A stretch of DNA of 64,000 bases. Origin: an uncultured bacterium. Its GTDB lineage: Bacteria > Babelota > Babeliae > Babelales > Vermiphilaceae. The stretch lies in NCBI GenBank assembly GCA_963707655.1, contig OY970172.1, forward strand, positions 224,001 through 288,000, written 5' to 3'. The notes below the pieces were generated by a model. The model did not search any database, was not told the origin of the DNA, and worked only from the letters and a program-made list of their open reading frames with translations. Positions within the stretch are counted from its first letter, which is position 1; each line of letters starts with the position of its first letter. The position numbers and the translations under genes are program-made. Of this stretch, positions 57,496-64,000 are shown one piece after another.

Positions 57496-58323
57496 TTATT
57501 GATTAGGCTCAAGAGTTTTTAATTTGAGTCTGCGTTTTGATGCATCGGGTCCATATATTTGTTGCTCTCTAATCATTGTGTGAACATTTTCTGCGTTGTG
57601 TTCCTTGCACATTTCTGCAACACGCTCATGCAAGAATGTTTTATACGCTGGATGATTGGTTCCTAGACTTAAGATATCTAGCTCGAGAAACAAGTCTTCG
57701 TCTCTTGCTGGTGAGACCCACGCGAGGGCGCGGCGCATCGGATCTCGTTGCTGGATTAGTTCGCTAGTCTGGTCAAATGGGGTAAGGCCCGCATGGTTGC
57801 GTAGAGCAGTATTGGCACCATAATGGAGTAACCAACATAGACGCTCTTCCGCTACTTCCAAGGACAAATCATGAATTCCTATCATGTGCAACACAGTGTC
57901 TCCAGCATGCAAATTCTGGCAATCTGTATTGGCTCCTGCTTCTAATAATTGACGAAAAATAGCATTATTGTCTTTTGTGTTATTAGCTAACATGAGTAGG
58001 CTCAGGGATTCTCTCTCGGTGGTAGCATTAATATTGGCTCCTGCATGTATGAGCAAGGAAACCAGGAATTTTTTCTTAGCTAAGACAGCATACATAATGG
58101 GCGTGCAGTTTCGATATCTAGACTCAATATCAGCCCCGTTATTGATTGCTTGTTGTGCATCTTCAAGGTGGTCTTGTTCTCTGTGCGGTTCATTGCTGCT
58201 CCTCAGTATAATTTCCCACAAACTGCTGGTCGGAGTAGCAGCATCATCCATGGCGTATAAGGAATTACCAATACCAAAGTGTACTATGGCTATAACGATA
58301 AGAGTGAAATTGCGAATATTCAT
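57496..58323 (-). CDS. secreted ankyrin repeat protein, paralog 2
   Basis: Start MNIRNF by alignment. TPIMYAV, GANINA and GDTVLH. Confidence 0.85.
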   Translation of the reverse strand: MNIRNFTLIVIAIVHFGIGNSLYAMDDAATPTSSLWEIILRSSNEPHREQDHLEDAQQAINNGADIESRYRNCTPIMYAVLAKKKFLVSLLIHAGANINATTERESLSLLMLANNTKDNNAIFRQLLEAGANTDCQNLHAGDTVLHMIGIHDLSLEVAEERLCWLLHYGANTALRNHAGLTPFDQTSELIQQRDPMRRALAWVSPARDEDLFLELDILSLGTNHPAYKTFLHERVAEMCKEHNAENVHTMIREQQIYGPDASKRRLKLKTLEPNQ

Positions 58324-58339
58324 GTTCACTATTTTTCTT

Positions 58340-59239
58340 TTATCGATGAGAGGGATGAGAGGTAAGAGTTTTGAATTTGCGGCTGTATTTTCGCGCATCT
58401 GGTCCATAGATTTGTTGGTCACTGACCAATTGCTGCAATGATACACCTTGTTCACGGCACATCTTTTCGAGCTGAAAGCTCAAGAAAGGCGTGGATATTA
58501 AGAATTCTTGATATCTAGGATGCTCGGTTCCCTGTGCTAAGAGATCTCGCTTTAGAAGTAAGTTTTTTTCTCTTGCAAGAAAGAGCTGCATGGTGCTGCG
58601 TGTCGTAGGCTGGATCCGGTTAGACTGCTCAAGTGGAGTAAGGCGCGCCGCGAGGCTGCTCGTTCGCTGGATGAGCTGGTTAGTCTGCTCAAGTGGAGTA
58701 AGGCCCGCATGGTTGCGTAGAGCTGTATTGGCACCGTAATGGAGTAACCAACATAGACGCTCTGCCGCTACTTCCAAGGACAAATCATTAATGCCTATCA
58801 GATGCAACAGAGTGTCCCCAGTATGCGAATGCTGGAAATTTGCATTGGCTCCTGCTTCTAGTAATTGACAAAAAATAGGGTTATTTTTTTTTGTTTTATT
58901 AGCTAACATGAGTGGGCTCATGGATTCTCCATCGGTGGTGGCATTAATATTGGCTCCCGCACGTATAAGCAAGGAAATCAGGAATTTTTTCTCAACTGAG
59001 ACAGCCCACATAACAGGCGTGCAGGCTAAAAATGTAGATTCAATATCAGCCCCATTATTGATTGCTTGTTGTGCATCTTCAAGGTCTTGTTCTGCGTGTT
59101 GTGGTTCATCACTTGGTCTTAGTATAATGTCCCACAAATTGCTGGTCGGAGTAGGAGTATTATCCATGGCATATAATCCATTACCGACACCAAAGTGTGC
59201 CATAGCTATGACGATAAAGAGAAAATTGCGAAAGTTCAT
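58340..59239 (-). CDS. secreted ankyrin repeat protein, paralog 1
   Basis: MNFRNF start. TPVMWAV, GANINA and GDTLLH. Confidence 0.85.
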   Translation of the reverse strand: MNFRNFLFIVIAMAHFGVGNGLYAMDNTPTPTSNLWDIILRPSDEPQHAEQDLEDAQQAINNGADIESTFLACTPVMWAVSVEKKFLISLLIRAGANINATTDGESMSPLMLANKTKKNNPIFCQLLEAGANANFQHSHTGDTLLHLIGINDLSLEVAAERLCWLLHYGANTALRNHAGLTPLEQTNQLIQRTSSLAARLTPLEQSNRIQPTTRSTMQLFLAREKNLLLKRDLLAQGTEHPRYQEFLISTPFLSFQLEKMCREQGVSLQQLVSDQQIYGPDARKYSRKFKTLTSHPSHR

Positions 59240-59303
59240 CTGAAAATAGCCCCCGAATAGAATAATAATAGTATTTAATTATTGTATCCGATTTAAAGAA
59301 TCA

Positions 59304-60329
59304 CTACAACAAGCTATTTTGGCCCAAAAACTTCTGTTTAAGGTAGGGTAGTTTTTTGTGGGGAATTTGTCTGCCACGGGCTGTTTTTTCTAAATATCCT
59401 TTGCGCATAAGAAATGGCTCGTATACCATTTCAATCGTCTCTTTATCTTCACCCAGCAATGATGCCAATGTTTCAACTCCAACGGGGCCACCATTAAAAA
59501 GCTCAACTATTTTTTTAAGCAAGAGCATATCGGTCTGCGTAAGACCATCATCATTAATCCCCAAAAAGGCAAGTGCTTGACGGGTGAGCTCAAGATCGGC
59601 TTTGTTTTGGTTTTTTACCTGTGCAAAGTCCCTCACGCGGCGCAACATTTTTTTTGCGATACGAGGCGTTCCCCGAGCAGAAGAAGCGATTAACAAAGCA
59701 GCCTGCTCATCGAGTGCCAAAGCTAAAAATTGGGCATTTTGCATAATAATAGAGCACAGCTCTTCATCAGTGTAAAAATCAAGGCGCTCATTAATGCCAA
59801 AACGGCTGTGCAGCGGAGCAGAGATCATGCCGCTTTTGGTAGTTGCCCCAATTAACGTAAAAGGAACGAGGGGAAGGTTAATTGACTTTGCGCCGGCTCC
59901 CTGGCCTATAATCACATCTATGCGAAACTGTTCCATGGCTGTATATAAAACTTCTTCAACATTTGATGGCATGCGATGAATTTCATCAATAAATAAAATA
60001 TCCCGTTGTTCCAATGAAGAAAGAATGGCGACAAGATCGCCGGTGCGCTCCATCATGGGACCGCTGCATATCCTGATGCCGACCCCCATAACATGAGCCA
60101 TAATTTGTGCCAGTGTTGTTTTACCCAGCCCTGGCGGCCCGGAGAGCAGCATGTGATCCAGCGGCTCCTGACGCATTTTTGCTGCTTGCGTGTATACCGC
60201 TAATTTATCTTTGAGCTCCTTTTGGCCCAAATAATCGTCAAATGTTTTTGGGGTAAAATCATGCGATGATTCCTCATATGTTTCTTGCAAAGTAAATATG
60301 TCTATGCCATTTTCCTGATTGTTTTTCAC
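59304..60329 (-). CDS. ruvB: Holliday junction branch migration helicase RuvB
   Basis: GPPGLGKTTLA, FIDEIHR, GATT, RGTPRIA, GGPVG and YEPFL. Confidence 0.96.
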   Translation of the reverse strand: MKNNQENGIDIFTLQETYEESSHDFTPKTFDDYLGQKELKDKLAVYTQAAKMRQEPLDHMLLSGPPGLGKTTLAQIMAHVMGVGIRICSGPMMERTGDLVAILSSLEQRDILFIDEIHRMPSNVEEVLYTAMEQFRIDVIIGQGAGAKSINLPLVPFTLIGATTKSGMISAPLHSRFGINERLDFYTDEELCSIIMQNAQFLALALDEQAALLIASSARGTPRIAKKMLRRVRDFAQVKNQNKADLELTRQALAFLGINDDGLTQTDMLLLKKIVELFNGGPVGVETLASLLGEDKETIEMVYEPFLMRKGYLEKTARGRQIPHKKLPYLKQKFLGQNSLL

Positions 60330-60458
60330 GATTTTTCTCTTAGTTTTTTCTGTTTTTATTCATCTATTTTTGTCTTTTTAATCAACTCTATTATCTCGTT
60401 TTGTGGATATGGCACATTGATAATAAGAGATATCACTCATAACCGGTTGGGAGGATTT

Positions 60459-60671
60459 ATGCAAAAAGTAGCTATGTTTCTCAATATCAAACTGCGTGCT
60501 GATGATGATTGTCAGAATATTTTACCTCATACTATTTCAACAACGCAACAGACAGATGAATGTATGCCAACGTTAGAATTTTCATATGCCTATCTTGTTG
60601 ACGAGTTTGAGTTTTCTCCCGAGGATACTATACCAACTGATCAGGGCGGATTTTCCGCTCCGGTCAGTTAG
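60459..60671 (+). CDS. small acidic hypothetical protein
   Basis: GGAGG RBS before ATG at 60459. Confidence 0.4.
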   Translation: MQKVAMFLNIKLRADDDCQNILPHTISTTQQTDECMPTLEFSYAYLVDEFEFSPEDTIPTDQGGFSAPVS

Positions 60672-61767
60672 ATAAATGGAGATGCTGCATAGTAATATTA
60701 TTAAACCAACCAAGACTCGCACAGGTAATCCACAAATTACTTAATCCATAACTGATAAAAGGGAGCGGGATGCCGACAATAGGAAGCAACCCAATCACCA
60801 TTGCGCTATTAATAATAAATGAAAGTATGATATGAATAATAAGGCCAAATGCTAAAAGCTGCACCAGCGGCTGATCAAGAGAAAGAGTGATAAGTAATAA
60901 TCGGCCGAAGAATATCAGAAAAAATATAATCAATGCGAATGCACCTATAAAACCCACCTCTTCACTAATCACTGAAAAAATAAAATCAGTACGGCTTTCA
61001 GGCAAAAATTGTAATTTGTTTTGTGTTCCCTTGAGAAATCCTTTGCCGAGCAAGCCACCCGAGCCGATAGCAATTTTTGACTGTTCAATTTGATAACGCT
61101 CTTTGTTGCGTTCTCCTTGTCCCAAAAAGACCAATACCCGCTTTTGTTGATATGATTTTAAAAAATGCCACGATACGGGGGCAGTGATGAGGAATGCAAG
61201 CATGCTATATAAAAAAAATTGTTTTGAAAGAGCGGCGAGCCATAGAAGAAGGGCTCCGGAAAGAAGCACCAGTATGGCAGTTCCCAGATCGGGTTGTTTG
61301 ACGATAAGCAAAGCACTGATAAGCAAGACAGCAATGAGTGGTAAAAATTCTGAAATTTTAAAGGTGAAACTTTCTTTGCGGCTGTATAAATAATAGACGG
61401 CAAAAAGAGGAAACAATACTTTGGCCAGTTCAGAGGGTTGTGCTTTGAAAAACCCTACGTTGATCCAGCGTTGTCCTCCCATGCCTATACTCCCTTTAAA
61501 CAGAGTAAAAAGCAACAGTGCAAGTACAGCGCAATATACTACGTATCCCCATTGCATTAACATGCGGTAATCGATGGCGGAGCAGATAAGATAAATAATT
61601 ATGCCACCGGCAATGCCCAGCATTTGTTTTTTAAAAAAAATTGAATAATGTTGCTCGGGGCGATACGTTGCGCTAAAGACAAATAAAAGGCCAATGATTG
61701 ATAAGAAGATCATCATGAAAAAACTTATCCAATCGAAATAGCGGAAGAAACGTTTTGCGATAAACAT
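60664..61767 (-). CDS. rodA: rod shape-determining protein RodA (SEDS family)
   Basis: GGQRWI, QPSELAK, QPDLGT, YQIEQSKIAIGSGG, LPESRTDFIF and GIPLPFISYG. Confidence 0.92.
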   Translation of the reverse strand: MFIAKRFFRYFDWISFFMMIFLSIIGLLFVFSATYRPEQHYSIFFKKQMLGIAGGIIIYLICSAIDYRMLMQWGYVVYCAVLALLLFTLFKGSIGMGGQRWINVGFFKAQPSELAKVLFPLFAVYYLYSRKESFTFKISEFLPLIAVLLISALLIVKQPDLGTAILVLLSGALLLWLAALSKQFFLYSMLAFLITAPVSWHFLKSYQQKRVLVFLGQGERNKERYQIEQSKIAIGSGGLLGKGFLKGTQNKLQFLPESRTDFIFSVISEEVGFIGAFALIIFFLIFFGRLLLITLSLDQPLVQLLAFGLIIHIILSFIINSAMVIGLLPIVGIPLPFISYGLSNLWITCASLGWFNNITMQHLHLSN

Positions 61768-61897
61768 AGCGAGCCCTTTAATACTGTTTTTTTTAGTGTA
61801 GCGCGAATCAGATAAAGGGCAATATACTTGTTCTACTTCGCCAAAAAATCAACAAGAATTTTATTTTAGGGTGAATGGCAAGTAGAACCCTTCGACC

Positions 61898-61947
61898 TGT
61901 CCACCGAAGCTTGCCAAGCCGGTAGGCATGGATAAGCGCAGGTTGGA
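61898..61947. repeat. 50-bp REP-like palindromic element, copy 2
   Basis: Homologous to 47997-48046. Confidence 0.8.
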
Positions 61948-62008
61948 AGCTTTCTACTTCGTTCTTCGAACTTCGAAGAACAAGTTAGCGTAGTAGGGTT
62001 AGCCTAAT

Positions 62009-62410
62009 TTATTCTAAACAGTTTTTACATGCCTGGGCACATTCAGATAAACTTTTTATTGTTTTTTCGGCCTCACTGACGCACTTGCCATTGCCTGCTT
62101 TGCATTCACGAATTGTAGCATGACAGGTATTGATGCAACGATCGCACGCATCTATACATAATTGGCAACGAGCTATACACGCAGGATCCCCGCATAATGC
62201 AATATGTTTGCGACATTCATCGATGCAGAGTGTGCATGCCTGGATGCATTCGATAGATATATTTACTGATTTGCCTATCTCTTCAGCACAAGCAGTTTCA
62301 TTGTTGGTGACACATTTTGCGACGAGGTGTTGAAACTCATTAATCGCGTTTTCACACAGTTGAATACAATGCTTGCAGGCGATGCGGTGTTCTTTATTCA
62401 TATGATTCAT
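62009..62410 (-). CDS. Cys-rich four-helix bundle, copper storage protein (Csp/DUF326)-like
   Basis: 21 Cys in 133 aa in CxxxCxxC spacing. AAGGA RBS. Confidence 0.7.
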   Translation of the reverse strand: MNHMNKEHRIACKHCIQLCENAINEFQHLVAKCVTNNETACAEEIGKSVNISIECIQACTLCIDECRKHIALCGDPACIARCQLCIDACDRCINTCHATIRECKAGNGKCVSEAEKTIKSLSECAQACKNCLE

Positions 62411-62500
62411 ACATAATTCCTTTGATTTAATAGTGCTGCTTTTAGTATGTAAAAAAGAATAAAAACATGTCAATACATGGGTTAAAAATCTGATATGGGG

Positions 62501-64000
62501 TTACTTTTTATTGCTGCTGCTTGCCTGATTGATTGAAAGCGGTTTTTTTATTGGCATTGGCGGTAGATCTTTTGATTTCTGTGGACGCAAAAGCCGGTGA
62601 TATATCACCGGAAAAGTGTTTGTCCTGGTCGCAGCAAAGTTTTTTCCAAAAGTATATTCTGCCGTGCAGGGAACTTTTTCTCCGGTATCGGTATTTTGGC
62701 GGATTACCGGGGCAATTAATGTTTCCTTTGCATCTTTACCGAGCTGCAAATAAGGAACAAGCTCACCAGCATATTGAATTACGTAATCAAGCATGCGCGC
62801 AAATGAATGGTTGTGGCGAGTTTTTGGATCTAAATCTTCTGCTTGTCTTTGCGCAATGCGTTTGTCAAAATCTAACTTGCCAATCTCTTTAAATGAAAAA
62901 TTAGGAATTTTTGATGCCAGGACAATAAGATTTTCATGGCGAAGTGGATCATTAATGATAAATGTTTTGTTTGGTATATCGATTAAAGTCACGGTGCTTC
63001 CATCATCTTCTACCCTCTCATTGTGCGCATTTTCAATACACATCGGCCTAAAATAAGCATTCCAGGTTTCGGGAGTAAGTGCCAGAGGGGTTGGTATTGT
63101 TGGTTGTGGAGGGTGCGTTGACGGTTGGCTGTTGCTTGACGCTGCTTGCGGTTCTTGTTGTTGCGCGCGATTAGTCTTATTCGACGATTGCTTTTTGGTT
63201 GAAGGTTTGCTTTTCGATTTATACGAGGAATCAGCCAATTGAGCAAATGCTTGATCTCTTTCTTGTGCTTTTACTTTTTCCGATGCTTCCCATTCTTCTT
63301 TTATTCGTTTCAAAGATGGAAAAAGATCATCAATACTAATATATATATCATCTAGGGCGGATTCTGATTTTTCTATGAGCTTGAATCCTGCTTCGATATC
63401 TTTTTTAACACAAATACCAAAAATTTTCATGTATCCTTCAACGAAGTAAGCTGATTTCTGTAATCCAACACCGTAAGCTAATCTCTCTGCTCCAAAACCG
63501 CGAGTTGATTTTTTTAATACTATTTTTTTCTCATTCAGCTTGTTCTGTATTTTATTGCAATAATCCTGCGCTTTTTCTTTGTCGGGCGCTATATCATCAA
63601 ATCCAAAATTATATCCTATGCATAACTGTAACAAGTCAAAAAGCGAAGCAAATTCAATGGGTATTGTTTCCAGTGTCTTTATTCCTTCCTTAATATTACC
63701 TGAAGCTATTAATACGATACCGTAGCGGCTAGGAGCAATCGCACCAAATTGAGTTTCAATAAGCGGAGTGGCATGTATAAGTTTAATAATTTCTTTTTCT
63801 GTGTTTTGGTATTGGATTTCATATTCTTTGTCATCATTTTTGTGCTGAAATAGTAATTGTAATTTCAATGGCACGCAAATTTTTGTTGGCAATGTTTCTA
63901 GATGTTTTATGGCCAGTGGCAGATCATTGGTTTGTTCAGCTATATGGGATAATATCGCTATTGAATCGGTGCGCAACATATCAAGCATGTCATTAATTGA
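62501..64000 (-). CDS. hypothetical protein with Sel1-like repeats, 5' end outside the window
   Basis: Frame is open to the window edge. G.CVKKDIEAGFKLIEKS and APDKEKAQDYC resemble Sel1 repeats. Confidence 0.6.
   Translation of the reverse strand, partial: SINDMLDMLRTDSIAILSHIAEQTNDLPLAIKHLETLPTKICVPLKLQLLFQHKNDDKEYEIQYQNTEKEIIKLIHATPLIETQFGAIAPSRYGIVLIASGNIKEGIKTLETIPIEFASLFDLLQLCIGYNFGFDDIAPDKEKAQDYCNKIQNKLNEKKIVLKKSTRGFGAERLAYGVGLQKSAYFVEGYMKIFGICVKKDIEAGFKLIEKSESALDDIYISIDDLFPSLKRIKEEWEASEKVKAQERDQAFAQLADSSYKSKSKPSTKKQSSNKTNRAQQQEPQAASSNSQPSTHPPQPTIPTPLALTPETWNAYFRPMCIENAHNERVEDDGSTVTLIDIPNKTFIINDPLRHENLIVLASKIPNFSFKEIGKLDFDKRIAQRQAEDLDPKTRHNHSFARMLDYVIQYAGELVPYLQLGKDAKETLIAPVIRQNTDTGEKVPCTAEYTFGKNFAATRTNTFPVIYHRLLRPQKSKDLPPMPIKKPLSINQASSSNKK

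Noticed and set aside
57496..58455. Extended N-termini of ankyrin paralogs given by the ORF track
   Set aside because: Alignment of the three paralogs places the starts at 58323 and 57479.

Overview
AT-rich bacterial chromosome segment. The gene content resembles Candidatus Babelota/Dependentiae (TM6), which parasitise protists: many signal-peptide ORFans, ankyrin paralogs and a secreted MutS-V protein. This taxonomy is inferred, not verified. The right part (about 28.2-64 kb) is mostly core genes: a tRNA-Val/Asn/Asp operon, mreC, dusB, rpmE, prfA, pyrG, brnQ, deaD, galU, pheS, tRNA-Phe, dnaE, yebC, yicC, ruvB and rodA, interspersed with secreted hypotheticals. The left part (1-28.2 kb) is an accessory island anchored at the tRNA-Asp 3' end. 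Its most intact unit is a 7255-bp integrative element (20946-28206) with a large serine recombinase and a gene II/X-like rolling-circle Rep. The attachment core (TGGCGG) lies inside the recombinase gene: the integrated allele ends with a stop codon supplied by the tRNA, and an in-frame 33-aa C-terminal tail sits at the far end of the element. Three copies of a ~60-bp motif partition the element into modules. A second recombinase tail (12683) and a truncated second rep module (1441-3010) record earlier related elements.
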